Part shown: piece by piece, positions 40,382-51,125 of the stretch | How the letters are laid out: the number at the start of each line of letters is the position of its first letter | How positions within the stretch are numbered: position 1 is the stretch's first letter | DNA from: Acidobacteriota bacterium | GTDB lineage: Bacteria; Acidobacteriota; UBA6911; RPQK01; JAJDTT01 | DNA: 64,000 nt | NCBI GenBank assembly: GCA_965209055.1 | Contig: OZ242374.1 | Span: forward strand, 3,168,001-3,232,000 | Direction: 5' to 3' | Program-made: the position numbers and the translations under genes | The notes under the pieces: model-generated | The model's input: the letters and a program-made list of their open reading frames with translations, nothing else | Told to the model about the DNA's origin: nothing | Database searches by the model: none

Positions 40382-41332
40382 CTAGTCTGTTGGTGAAATC
40401 TGGAGCAGAGTAAGGAAGTCGTCTCCGTGATCCGCAATCACAGCGTGTGTCTTCCTTCCTCTTTGCACGACCCTGGTAGGAAGACCAAAAAGGTCCTCTT
40501 TTATTGCCTCATCAACCTTGCTTCTATCATCGATTTGGGCAGAACCTACATAACTCTTTCCAAAACTGGCAAGTTTCCAACCATACCACTTGCGAAGATG
40601 AAAACAATTACGAGCCTGAAAAATATCTGAATCACGGTAGAATGAGACATCTCCGGTTTTTGGAAGCACGACAATGACATTATTCATCTGAACGAGCCAC
40701 AACTGAGGTTGCTCAACGTGCATATAGACTCCAGACTCCAAATTCCAATTATCAGAGGGGTTGCCAATGCACTTTGTGATAATCCGCTTCGACGGGTTCA
40801 TGATCTGCCTTCTAATGATACGTCCTACCGCTCCCTCAGCATATCTGTACCCTTGTTCTCCCAGCAGTGAAAACAGACACAGGTAGGCGGACTTCAACCA
40901 ACTTACAATCGCAAAATGCTTGTTGGGAAATCTGATCGTCGCCTTAAAGTCGCTGCCTCCCAGTTCGCTCAAAAGATCTGAGGCGGTCAAAGAACCTCTC
41001 AAGGGAGGAGCGTTAATCGTGAAAGTCCCATCCGCTTCACTCTGCAGTGTTCCTGTATGTTTCCACCCTTTGATCTCTACAGTGACTGTAGGAGGTTTGC
41101 ACAGCAAACCGGCAGCCTGATCGATCCTCGCTCCGGCATCTTGGTTACAAGCCGCGCAAGTAAGGCACCTGCCTCGACTCTCAGAGCCCAAGGCCTTCGG
41201 TGGGACGTGCTCAAGAGTGACTATCTTCCCTTTCTCAACACTTTCTCTCGTAAAGTCAGAAAGGCAGATGGGGCATCTGTTGTTTCCGCGTTCAAACAGT
41301 GTTATTCGAAGTTCTCTTATCGATCCGCGCAT
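40382..41332 (-). CDS. HNH endonuclease
   Basis: CPIC...TLEHVPPKALG...CAACN. Confidence 0.75.
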   Translation of the reverse strand: MRGSIRELRITLFERGNNRCPICLSDFTRESVEKGKIVTLEHVPPKALGSESRGRCLTCAACNQDAGARIDQAAGLLCKPPTVTVEIKGWKHTGTLQSEADGTFTINAPPLRGSLTASDLLSELGGSDFKATIRFPNKHFAIVSWLKSAYLCLFSLLGEQGYRYAEGAVGRIIRRQIMNPSKRIITKCIGNPSDNWNLESGVYMHVEQPQLWLVQMNNVIVVLPKTGDVSFYRDSDIFQARNCFHLRKWYGWKLASFGKSYVGSAQIDDRSKVDEAIKEDLFGLPTRVVQRGRKTHAVIADHGDDFLTLLQISPTD

Positions 41333-41434
41333 CGTATTGATCCGTTCTGTTTTTCTGAGTACCCTATCAGGTCGTGGAAATAGTCCTGATTTCTCCGGCT
41401 ATTGTTTTTTCCGCAAGCTGACATGGAGAATGGT

Positions 41435-42070
41435 TTATTGATGGGTCCGCGAAGCCCCAAACAGCGAATCGGGCCTGATCGGCGCCCAGAAGCGCTCCCA
41501 GAGCCGATTCCAGCCGAGCCGGCGGCCCATTCTCGCCCCAGGAAGCGAAAAAAGACACGCTAGGACGCGGCCCTGTAGACTCCGGGGCGTCCCGATCCCC
41601 GTCAGACGGCGCATCAGCAGTCCCAGGTTGAAACCCCACACGTGGATCAGCAATCGCTTCCGGACATTGGCGTGGCCCCGGACGAAGATGCGGCGCAACC
41701 CGCCCGTCCTGAACTGATGCGAGAACGGCCGTTCTACCAACTCGCTCCGCCGCCGCTGCAACCGTCGTCCCCGGCGGCCTCGAATCCATCTCCGATTCGC
41801 GTACACTGGCCCGTGGTACTCCCGGTTCTTCCCCTTCCAGTTGCGCCGGTTCCGATCCGTTTCCGACAGGTACCCCCGCAATCCCAGTTCCTTCAACTCC
41901 AGCACCGTCTCGTTGCTATGGTATCCCTTGTCCGTCACCACTTCCCGGACCTGTGCTCCTGACCCGACCGCCTCCACCTTCGCTTGAGCCATCTGCAAGG
42001 TTCCGGCCATGTCTGGGGGTCCTCCAACTCGTCCGGCACCGTCACCGCCACTGCGTCTACGCTCCATACC
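41435..42070 (-). mobile_element. Truncated DDE transposase remnant (IS1182/IS5-like)
   Basis: EVVTDKGYHS, RRSELVERPFSH...GGLRRIFVRG; N-terminus degenerate or absent. Confidence 0.7.
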
Positions 42071-42362
42071 TCCAGATTCATCATCGTCCTCGTGCCTCCG
42101 CCTGTGTGAATCGTCTCTCCGTATGTGGGACAGGTCGCAGCCGCAACGATGCGTCTTCCATTCGTCGTCAATAACCTCCGACGTTTGTTGCTAGCCCTCA
42201 TGTGCTCAAGGGTCAGGTACTCTTTCCGGATTGCGATATCAAGAATGTGGGGAACAGGAGTTTCCCACCCGACACGGCGGAATCTCCGCAAGCGGTTGGA
42301 AACACTAGAGTCAGGAGATTCGATACGTGGATGCGGTCCGAATGTCCACGCCTGGGAGAAAC

Positions 42363-44005
42363 TGGAGTTGACCCGCTTTCGTGGACACATCCAAAGTAAG
42401 GAAGTGAAAGGAGGAGTCCACGATGGCAAGAAAGCAGCGGCGGTACCCGCCGGAGTTCCGCCAGGAGATCGTGGCGCTGGTGCGCTCGGGGCGATCGCCC
42501 GAGGCGCTGGCGCGGGAGTTCGAGCCCTCGGCGTCGGCGATCCGCAAGTGGGTCAAGCAGGCCGATCTGGACGAGGGGCACCGTAACGACGGGTTGACGA
42601 CGTTCGAGCGCCAGGAGTTGCGCCAGGCGCGGCGCGAGATCAAGCGGCTGCGGATGGAGCGGGACATCTTAAAAAAAGCCGCGGCTTGGTTCGCCCGGGA
42701 GAGCGACTCGATCCCCGAAAAGGATTCAAATTCGTGAAGGCGTACCGAGCCCGGTTTCCGATCCGGGTGATGTGCCGCGTTCTGGGTCTCTCCCCCAGCG
42801 GGTACTACGCTTGGCTGAAGCGGCCCCCTTCGAAGCGGGCTCGCCGGGACCAGACGCTTCGGGAAACGATCGTGTGGATCTGGAACCAGAACCGGAGAGT
42901 GTACGGTCGGCCTCGTCTGCATGCCGAGCTGAGAGCTCGAGGGGAACGGACGAGCCCGAAGCGCGTAGGTCGATTGATGAAGGAAGCCGGGATCCAGGGG
43001 GCGAGCCGGAGGCGCCGCAAGGCCGGGCTCACCCGGAGGGACCGGAAGGCGCGCCCGGCACCGGACCTGGTGAACCGGAACTTCGCGGTTGAGGGACCGG
43101 ATCAACTCTGGGTCGCGGACCTCACCTATGTCCGCACAAAGGCGGGCTGGTTGTACGTGGCCGTGGTTCTGGACGCTTGGAGCCGCCGGATCGTGGGGTG
43201 GGCAATGGCGACCCATCTGCGATCCGAACTGGTGGAGAAGGCGCTCGCCATGGCGGTGATCCAGCGCCAGCCCAAGCAGGTGATCCACCACTCGGACCAG
43301 GGAACGCAGTACACCTCGGCTGCCTTCGGCAAACGATGCCGGGAGGCGGGAGTGCGGCCGTCGATGGGCTCCGTCGGGGACGCCTACGACAACGCGATGT
43401 GCGAGAGCTTCTTCGCGACGCTGGAGTGCGAGTTGCTGGATCGTCACCGGTTCCGGAACCCGAGCGAGGCAAGGCGGGCCGTGTTCGACTTTATTGAGGG
43501 ATTCTACAACCGGCGGCGCCGGCACTCGGCGCTGGGCTACGAGTCACCGGTCCACTACGAGCAGCAGGCGGCGGCGGACCAACGCCGTCTTCGAGCTGCC
43601 TGAGAACGACGCCGGCACGGCCACCGTCGCACCCAGCGTCGCGCGCGACACGATTGAAGGGGGCAGGGGGGCGCTGCCCCCCTGAGACCCCCGGATGCAA
43701 AGAGACATAAAAAACTCTTAAATCCCTGGGAAGAGAGACCGAGGCCCCCTCGTTAAGCGGTATCCCATTGTGGAAAATCAGAGATTTCCCACAACGTGAG
43801 CCCTTTTGCTGACCCGTCCATAGGTCGCCCCTCACACGAAAGAAAGAGCGCTCTGTCCGTTGTCAATGGCCAAAACCCTGACATCCTCGATGGCCATTGA
43901 CCGTCGTCGGGGGGAAGTCTTGCTCCCCACCGACAGAAGGAGTATTAAACCTAAGGACAACGTAGACCGCACCAATAAACCGTCCACGAAAACGGGACAC
44001 CCTCA
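42363..44005 (+). mobile_element. IS3-family insertion sequence, 1643 bp
   Basis: IRL TGGAGTTGACCCGCTTTCGTGGAC / IRR (rc) TGAGGGTGTCCCGTTTTCGTGGAC; AAAC duplicated at 42359-42362 and 44006-44009. Confidence 0.92.
42423..43603 (+). CDS. IS3 transposase OrfA/OrfB with programmed -1 frameshift
   Basis: OrfA 42423-42737 (HTH, ERDILKKAAAWF); slippery AAAAAAAG at ~42671; OrfB DDE (WVADLTY, HHSDQG, DNAMCESFF). Confidence 0.92.
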
Positions 44006-44899
44006 AAACGGCACACGCGGCTCGGCAGCCGGATCGCCGAGGTCCACAACGGCAGCTCGCTCTTCACCGGAAACGCCGGCCAGGGTGAGAGCAACATCCG
44101 TCGCTGGATCATCGAGAACGACTGGTTGGAGGCGATCGTCGCCCTGCCTCTCAACATGTTCTACAACACCGGCATCGCCACCTTTGTCTGGGTGCTCACG
44201 AACCGGAAACCGGATCACCGGAAAGGCAAGGTTCAGTTGATCGACGCGACGAAGAGATACCAGCCATTGCGGAAGAATCTGGGGAAGAAGAACTGCGAGC
44301 TCGGGGAGAGGGACATTGCCTGGATCTGCGAGACGTTCCTCGAGTTCAAGGAGAACGAGCGGAGCAAAATCTTCGACAATGCCGCCTTCGGCTACTGGAA
44401 AGTGACAGTGGAAAGGCCGCTGCGAATCGAAGGTATTGACACCAACCGTTCGTACAAGGCTGCGGAGATTCGGAAACTGAAAGCAAGCGGCGATCGCAGC
44501 GAAATGGCACCGCCCGTCATCAAAAAGATCCAAAAGCGGGGCACAAAGGCCGACCCGCTACACGGTCTATTCGCTACCCCCGTCAACGGGAAATCTGCCG
44601 TAGTGGAGTACGAACCGGACACCGATCTGCGCGACGACGAGCAGATCCCGTTGCTGGAGGAGGGAGGTATTGACGGGTTTATGAGTCGTGAGGTCCTCCC
44701 GTATAACGCAGATGCGTGGTATCAGCCGAAGAAAGTGAAGATCGGCTACGAGATCAGTTTCAATCGCTACTTCTACAAGCCGGAGCCGATGCGGTCCCTG
44801 GGAGAGATTCGGGCCGATATTCTAAGGTTGGAGAAAGAGACTGAAGGATGGCTGGCGCAGATACTGGGTGCCAGCGAACAACCGGAGTCGAGATCATGA
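44006..44899 (+). pseudogene. hsdM: Type I RM methyltransferase HsdM, 5'-truncated
   Basis: GSRIAEVHNGSSLFTG..., LEAIVALPLNMFYNTGIATF, KIGYEISFNRYFY; SAM-binding and NPPY motifs absent. Confidence 0.85.
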
Positions 44900-45108
44900 C
44901 CGAGATCATCTTTGAAGTCACCGAGGACGAGGTGGATGGCGGGTATTCGGCCAGCGCATTGGGCTACGGCATACACAGCCAGGGCGACTCGCTCGAAGAA
45001 GTCCGCCGCAACGTCAAGGAATCAGTGGACTGCTACTTCGACGACACCATGCCGAGACCGAAGCTGATTCGCCTTCACTTCGTGCGAGACGAGTTCCTCG
45101 TGGCATAA
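44896..45108 (+). CDS. HicB-like (UPF0150) antitoxin
   Basis: ATGA overlap with hsdM; near-identical to 26659-26871. Confidence 0.8.
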   Translation: MTEIIFEVTEDEVDGGYSASALGYGIHSQGDSLEEVRRNVKESVDCYFDDTMPRPKLIRLHFVRDEFLVA

Positions 45109-45348
45109 AATTGCCCCGCAATGTGAGCGGAGCAAAACTCCAGGCAGCGCTTCGGCGTCTGGGATACGAAAGAGTGCGCCAGCGAGGCTCGAACTTGCGC
45201 ATAACGACGCAAGTCAACGGTGAATACCATGAAGTGATCCCCCTGCACAATCCGATCAAGGTGAGAACAATGTCGAGCATTCTAAAGAGCCATAGCCCGG
45301 CATTACGAAATGAGCGTCGAGGAGCTTTTGTATGAACTCGACTTGTGA
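45105..45348 (+). pseudogene. HicA toxin pseudogene
   Basis: KLPRNVSG..L..ALRRLGY..VRQRGS; start is ATA where the 26868 copy has ATG; apparent frameshift near 45290. Confidence 0.7.
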
Positions 45349-46789
45349 AGCCGAGACCCGATCGTCGCGCCAACTCGCGCCGTATCCGGTCTACAAGGAT
45401 TCTGGTGAGGAGTGGTTGGGAAGCGTGCCGGAGCATTGGGAGATTCTGCCCAACCGTGCGGTCTATGAAGAGGTGATAGAGCGGGATCATCCAGAGGAAA
45501 TGATGCTCTCCGTTACGATCAAGAGGGGGGTGATCCAACAACGGACTCTACTTGCAGACGGTAATAAGAAGGACAGTTCGAATCTGGACAAGTCTACCTA
45601 CAAGTTCGTCCGACCCGGTGACCTTGTGTACAACAAGATGCGAGCTTGGCAAGGCGCAATCGGGGTATCGTCTCACCAAGGCATCGTAAGTCCAGCGTAT
45701 ATAGTCGAGTGTCCACGCGATGACATTCACTCTGGATATATTCACTATTTACTCCGAACCCCTTCGTTCGCGGCAGAGGCCGAGCGGTGGTCTTATGGGA
45801 TAACTTCTGACATGTGGAGCCTGCGCCCGGAGCACTTCAAGATGATATATGGGTGCGTTCCTCCCGTAGACGAGCAAGCCGCCATCGTCCGCTTTCTCGA
45901 CCATGTCGATCGGCCCATCCGGCGCTATATCCGTGCCAAGGAGAGGCTGATCGAGCTTCTGGAGGAGCAGAAGCAGGCCATCATTCACCGGGCCGTGACG
46001 GGCCAAATCGATGTCCGAACGGGCCAGCGCTACCCAGCCTACAAGGACTCCAGCGTGGAGAGGCTGGGGAAGGTTCCAGCGCATTGGGATATACAACGGC
46101 TGTGCCAATGCGCGTCGATTGTTGGTGGAATGACGCCTAGCATGGAGAACCAAGCATACTGGAATGGTTCAATACCTTGGGTAACACCCAAGGACATGAA
46201 GCTGAATGCCGTTGGCAGTTCCGCTATCAAGGTGACGCTGGATGCTCTGAAGGAGACTTCTCTGCGTCTCATCAATACAGGGGCGGTGTTGATCGTCGTC
46301 CGGGGCATGATCTTGGCTAGGACCGTTCCCATCGCTTGGACCTCATGTCCAGTGACAGTTAATCAAGACATGAAGGCGTTGCGACCATTTTCAGGAATCA
46401 ATGCAAAATATCTGGCGCGCGCTTTGGCTTCAGCACAAGATAGTCTATTGTCTTTCGTAGATGTAGCTGGTCACGGCACTCGCCGTCTTCCCACGGACCG
46501 CTGGCGCGCGCTCCCCTTGGCCATTCCGGCGACCGATGAACAAGTGGCAATTGTGTCCTACTTGGATCGTATTGGCGCCAAGTGTGAGATTTGGAAGAAC
46601 TCAACCAAGCGCGAAATTGAACTCCTTCGCGAATACCGCATCCGCCTGATTTCCGATGTCGTCACCGGCAAGCTGGATGTGCGAGACGCGGCGGTAGCAA
46701 TGCCGGACGATTTCGGCGCGCCGACAAACCCGACGGAGGCGATAGAGATCGAAAAAGTTACTGAGAGGCGGGCGGAGATGGCTCTATGA
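45332..46789 (+). CDS. hsdS: Type I RM specificity subunit
   Basis: YKDSGEEWLGSVPEHW repeated as YKDSSVERLGKVPAHW; two TRDs; EQAAIVRFLD; LISDVVTGKLDV. Confidence 0.92.
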   Translation: MNSTCEAETRSSRQLAPYPVYKDSGEEWLGSVPEHWEILPNRAVYEEVIERDHPEEMMLSVTIKRGVIQQRTLLADGNKKDSSNLDKSTYKFVRPGDLVYNKMRAWQGAIGVSSHQGIVSPAYIVECPRDDIHSGYIHYLLRTPSFAAEAERWSYGITSDMWSLRPEHFKMIYGCVPPVDEQAAIVRFLDHVDRPIRRYIRAKERLIELLEEQKQAIIHRAVTGQIDVRTGQRYPAYKDSSVERLGKVPAHWDIQRLCQCASIVGGMTPSMENQAYWNGSIPWVTPKDMKLNAVGSSAIKVTLDALKETSLRLINTGAVLIVVRGMILARTVPIAWTSCPVTVNQDMKALRPFSGINAKYLARALASAQDSLLSFVDVAGHGTRRLPTDRWRALPLAIPATDEQVAIVSYLDRIGAKCEIWKNSTKREIELLREYRIRLISDVVTGKLDVRDAAVAMPDDFGAPTNPTEAIEIEKVTERRAEMAL

Positions 46790-47045
46790 CCCGATGGAAG
46801 ACCTGTGTTCTGCCGTCGAACGCGACCGGGAGCAGGTCAGCACTGCGTGGGTGTTTTGTGGGACTCGAGCGCCCGTTTCCGCGCTGTTCGAAATCCTCAG
46901 GGACGGCGCCACAATTGAACGGTTTCTGGAGTGGTTCCCGGGCGTTGAACGCGACCAGGATGAAAGTATTCTGGACCAAGAGAACGAGGGCTTGAAGGAC
47001 ACCGGCGACTCATTGACAAAATTCGGGCAACGCGCGGCTACTTGA
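46786..47045 (+). pseudogene. DUF433 family protein, probably frameshifted near start
   Basis: SAVERD...VSTAWVFCGTRAPVSALFE.L.DGATI..FLEWFPGV; the coupled ATG at 46786 is out of frame with the body. Confidence 0.65.
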
Positions 47046-47156
47046 TCAGATGGCACCAAGCAAGCGCTGCTCGATTCGTCAAGGTTCAATGAGACTATTA
47101 TATTCAACTAGTCGCAAAGATCCAGTTTACTTGACGGGTACTTGACAGGATGCCTG

Positions 47157-50100
47157 ATGGGGACTGATACTACCGAACGCGGCCTTGAACGCCTGATCTG
47201 TAGGGCTCTGACCGGCGATCCCTGCGACCCTCCTGCCGATTGCACGATCGGTGAACCGCCCGCCGGCTACGGTGGCGTCGGCTGGTCTTGCGGCAACCAT
47301 CGCGACTATAACCGTGAGTACTGCGTCGACTTGGTCCAACTCCGCGCCTTCCTGAACACCACCCAACCCGAAACCGCCTCGGCCCTGCGACTGACCGAAG
47401 ACGGCCCCGCACGCCGCAGGTTCCTTGCCCGGTTGCAGGGCGAGATCTCCAAACGCGGCACCATCGACGTCCTCCGAAACGGCATCCGGCACGGTCCCCA
47501 CGAACTCGACCTGTTCTACGGAACTCCCTCGCCCGAGAACGATCAGGCCAAGCAGCGCTTCCGGCAGAATCGCTTCACCGTCACCCGTCAGCTCCGCTAC
47601 AGCCGCCACGGCACCCAGCAAGCACTCGACCTCGGACTCTTCATCAACGGCCTGCCCGTCTTCACCTTCGAACTCAAGAACCGCCTCACCAAGCAGACGG
47701 TGAGCGACGCCATGGAGCAGTACCGGAAGGACCGCAACCCGCGCGAGAAGCTCTTCGAATTCGGCCGTTGCGTGGCTCATTTCGCGGTGGACGAGAACGA
47801 GGTCCATTTCTGCACCCATCTCAAGGGAAAGGCCTCCTGGTTCCTGCCCTTCAACCGGGGTTGGAACGACGGTGCGGGCAACCCGCCCAACCCCAACGGC
47901 CTGCGGTCGGACTACCTGTGGCGCCGGGTGCTGACCCGCCGGAGCCTGACCAACATCCTTGAAAACTACGCTCAGGTCGTGGAATCGAAGGACGCCAGGA
48001 CGGGGAGGAAGCGGCGGGTCCAGATCTGGCCGCGCTACCACCAGATCGACGCGGTGCGCGAGCTCCTGGCCGACGCGGGAGCCCGCGGGGCGGGGAAGCG
48101 TTACCTGGTCCAGCACTCGGCGGGCAGCGGCAAGAGCTTTTCGATCGCTTGGCTGGCCCACCAACTGATCCGGCTGGAAAAGGACGATGCTCCGGTCTTC
48201 GACTCCATCATCGTCGTCACCGACCGCCGCATCCTCGACCGGCAGATCCGGGACACGATCAGGAAATACGCCCAGGTGCGCTCGACGGTGGGGCACGCCG
48301 AGCGTTCCGGCGACCTGCGGCGGTTCATCGAGTCCGGCAAGAAGATCATCATCTCGACGATCCAGAAGTTCCCCTTCATTCTCGATGAGATCGGCAACGA
48401 ACATCGCGGGAGCCGCTTTGCCATCATCATCGACGAGGCCCACTCCAGCCAGGGCGGCCGCACCGCCGCAGCAATGACCAGGGCGCTGGGCAAGGCGGGA
48501 GAAGCCGGGGACGAGGAGACCTACGAGGATCGGATCAACCGCGAGATGGAATCGCGCAAGATCCTCCCCAACGCCAGCTACTTCGCCTTCACCGCCACGC
48601 CCAAGAACAAGACGCTGGAGATCTTCGGCGACGCGGACCCGCAGAGCGACGGTACGGTTCGGCATCACGCCTTTCACACCTACAGCATGAAGCAGGCGAT
48701 CCAGGAGGGTTTCATCCTGGACGTGCTGCGCCACTACACGCCGGTCAAGAGCTACTACAAGCTCGCCAAGACGGTGGAGGACGATCCCGAGTTCGACGTC
48801 AAGAAGGCCCGCAGGAAGCTGCGGCGCTACGTCGAGAGTCACGGCCACGCGATCCGCCTCAAGTCGGAGATCATGGTGGACCACTTCCACACCCAGGTCC
48901 TGTCCCAGGGCAAGATCGGCGGCAGAGCCCGGGCGATGGTCGTCACCAACGGGATCGAACGGGCGATCCAGTACTTCCATGCCATCCGCGACTACCTGAA
49001 GGAACGAAAGAGCCGCTACCGGGCCATCGTGGCCTTCTCGGGGGAGCATGAGTACGGCGGGGCGAAGCTGAGCGAGCCCAAGCTGAACGGCTTTCCGTCG
49101 AACAAGATTGCCGAGAGGTTCCAGGAGGACCCGTACCGCTATCTGGTCTGCGCGGACAAGTTCCAGACCGGCTACGACGAACCTCTGCTGCACACGATGT
49201 ACGTGGACAAGACGCTCTCCGGCATCAAGGCGGTCCAGACCCTCTCCCGGCTCAACCGGGCGCACCCCAAGAAGCACGATGTGTTCGTGCTGGATTTCCT
49301 GAACGAGTCGGACACCATCCGCGACGCCTTCGCCGACTACTATCGAGGGACGATCCTGTCCGAAGAAACCGATCCCAACAAGCTGCACGACCTCCAGGCC
49401 GACCTGGACGGCGCCCAGGTCTATTCATCCGAGCAGGTCAAGGACTTCGTGTCGCGCTACCTGGCCGGCGAGGACCGCGAGAAGCTCGATCCCATCCTGG
49501 AGGCTTGCGTGGAGCTGTACCTGCAGGACCTGGACGAAGACGGGCAGGTTCAGTTCAAGCGCCAGGCCAAGGGATTCCTGAGAACCTACGCCTTCCTCTC
49601 TTCGATCCTGCCGTACAACAACGCCAGGTGGGAAGATCGCTCGATCTTCCTGAACTTCCTGGTCTCGAAGTTACCGTCCCCGCGTGAGGAGGATATGTCC
49701 AAGGGCATCCTCGACGCCATCGACATGGACAGCTACCGGGTCGAGAAGAACGCGATGCAGAAGATCCTGCTGCCGGATGAGGACGCCGAGATCGGCCCCA
49801 GTTCGGACTCCGGTTTCGGCGGCCGCGCCGAGCCCGAGCTGGACCTCCTGTCCAACATCATCAAGGTTTTCAACGATCTCTTCGGCAACATTCCCTGGGA
49901 GGACGGAGACCGGGTGCTCCAACTCATCACGGAAACGATTCCGTCGCGAGTCGCGCGGGACACCGCTTTCAGAAACGCTCAGAAGAACTCGGACCGGGAG
50001 AACGCCCGTATCGAGCACGACAAGGCTCTCCAACGAGTCATGATGGCGGTGATGAAGGACGACACCCAACTGTTCGGGAAGTTCATGGACGATCCGGATT

Positions 50101-50189
50101 TCAAGCTGTGGATGAGCAATCTGTCGTTCCGGATGACGTACAAGCCGACGGGACCGCCGCAAACCCAGATTGTTCAGGGAACAAGTTGA
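47157..50189 (+). CDS. hsdR: Type I RM restriction subunit
   Basis: DLGLFINGLP..TFELK, QHSAGSGKS, IIDEAHSSQ, AFTATPK, KFQTGYDEP, QTLSRLNR. Confidence 0.95.
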   Translation: MGTDTTERGLERLICRALTGDPCDPPADCTIGEPPAGYGGVGWSCGNHRDYNREYCVDLVQLRAFLNTTQPETASALRLTEDGPARRRFLARLQGEISKRGTIDVLRNGIRHGPHELDLFYGTPSPENDQAKQRFRQNRFTVTRQLRYSRHGTQQALDLGLFINGLPVFTFELKNRLTKQTVSDAMEQYRKDRNPREKLFEFGRCVAHFAVDENEVHFCTHLKGKASWFLPFNRGWNDGAGNPPNPNGLRSDYLWRRVLTRRSLTNILENYAQVVESKDARTGRKRRVQIWPRYHQIDAVRELLADAGARGAGKRYLVQHSAGSGKSFSIAWLAHQLIRLEKDDAPVFDSIIVVTDRRILDRQIRDTIRKYAQVRSTVGHAERSGDLRRFIESGKKIIISTIQKFPFILDEIGNEHRGSRFAIIIDEAHSSQGGRTAAAMTRALGKAGEAGDEETYEDRINREMESRKILPNASYFAFTATPKNKTLEIFGDADPQSDGTVRHHAFHTYSMKQAIQEGFILDVLRHYTPVKSYYKLAKTVEDDPEFDVKKARRKLRRYVESHGHAIRLKSEIMVDHFHTQVLSQGKIGGRARAMVVTNGIERAIQYFHAIRDYLKERKSRYRAIVAFSGEHEYGGAKLSEPKLNGFPSNKIAERFQEDPYRYLVCADKFQTGYDEPLLHTMYVDKTLSGIKAVQTLSRLNRAHPKKHDVFVLDFLNESDTIRDAFADYYRGTILSEETDPNKLHDLQADLDGAQVYSSEQVKDFVSRYLAGEDREKLDPILEACVELYLQDLDEDGQVQFKRQAKGFLRTYAFLSSILPYNNARWEDRSIFLNFLVSKLPSPREEDMSKGILDAIDMDSYRVEKNAMQKILLPDEDAEIGPSSDSGFGGRAEPELDLLSNIIKVFNDLFGNIPWEDGDRVLQLITETIPSRVARDTAFRNAQKNSDRENARIEHDKALQRVMMAVMKDDTQLFGKFMDDPDFKLWMSNLSFRMTYKPTGPPQTQIVQGTS

Positions 50190-50293
50190 CAAGGGCTTCC
50201 AGCCCGGCGTTTTCGTGCCGTCGCATCCCCGTGATTTGCTCGGCTCCCTCCTGCACAACCATGGGGTGCCGCTCTGCAATTGACGCCATTCGC

Positions 50294-50539
50294 TCAGTTG
50301 GACACGCGCCGCAAGACCAGGGCGTCAACCAACTTCGCGTCGTCAGGCGCCCTTCTGATCAGGCCATCGGGGTCCCCGTGCGCTCCCTCCCAGGGATGCT
50401 TGCCGGTGTTCAGGCTTATCTTCACGACACGGAGTTGCCCCGGCGACAGGTCGTCGTAGCCTTCTTCATAGCCGTTCACGACCACGCGCAGGTCCGGCGG
50501 GTAGGTCTGCAGCAATTTCATTAGTTCCTGTGCGGTCAC
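50294..50539 (-). CDS. Small hypothetical protein
   Basis: GTG start with RBS; MTAQELMKLLQTYPPDLRVVVNGYEEGYDD. Confidence 0.55.
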   Translation of the reverse strand: MTAQELMKLLQTYPPDLRVVVNGYEEGYDDLSPGQLRVVKISLNTGKHPWEGAHGDPDGLIRRAPDDAKLVDALVLRRVSN

Positions 50540-50587
50540 GACAACTTCCCCATTTGGGATCGCTCAATCGCAGCATTCGGCGGCCCG

Positions 50588-50848
50588 TCACTGCAAGGGT
50601 TCGATCCTGCCGGGCGACTCCATGCGCTTCACTCGCCCCCACGCCTCCCGAAGTTCGTCATGATGCATCGAGGCCCATTCCATAACCAAGCGCCTGGCTC
50701 GAACGGGAAGGCTTCCGCTGACCACAGCCATACCGTCAATCGCAATTAGAGCTTCATTCTCGTTGTACTCTGCATGGAAATGCGGCGGCGCATGGTCCAT
50801 GAAGTACATGCGTATCACTATGCCGTAGAACCGGCAAATCTCAGGCAT
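50588..50848 (-). CDS. DUF4160 family protein
   Basis: MPEICRFYGIVIRMYF.DH.PPHFHAEY. Confidence 0.88.
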   Translation of the reverse strand: MPEICRFYGIVIRMYFMDHAPPHFHAEYNENEALIAIDGMAVVSGSLPVRARRLVMEWASMHHDELREAWGRVKRMESPGRIEPLQ

Positions 50849-51125
50849 CCCGTGCTGCGACCTCAACATCAAGGGGTATCTGCTCGAATGTCTTGCCGGT
50901 CAACTGCATGTAGAGCGCGTCGGGGCAGAGCTCGATGTCGGCGTCCCAGGCAATCGCTCTGTGCGGTGCAACCCGCACTCGCTGGAATCGGCCAGGCTCA
51001 TCCCACGCGGCGAAGACGCCACGTCCCGCCAGATGCGACAGATCGATTTCTCCGCATGAACCATCGGAATATCTGAGCCAAATCCGGTATCCCTCTCGGG
51101 CCTCAACTTCAATTGGTCGAATCAT
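50841..51125 (-). CDS. DUF2442 family protein
   Basis: YRIWLRYSDG..GEIDL....GRGVF, IAW...IELCPDALY. Confidence 0.85.
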   Translation of the reverse strand: MIRPIEVEAREGYRIWLRYSDGSCGEIDLSHLAGRGVFAAWDEPGRFQRVRVAPHRAIAWDADIELCPDALYMQLTGKTFEQIPLDVEVAARDA

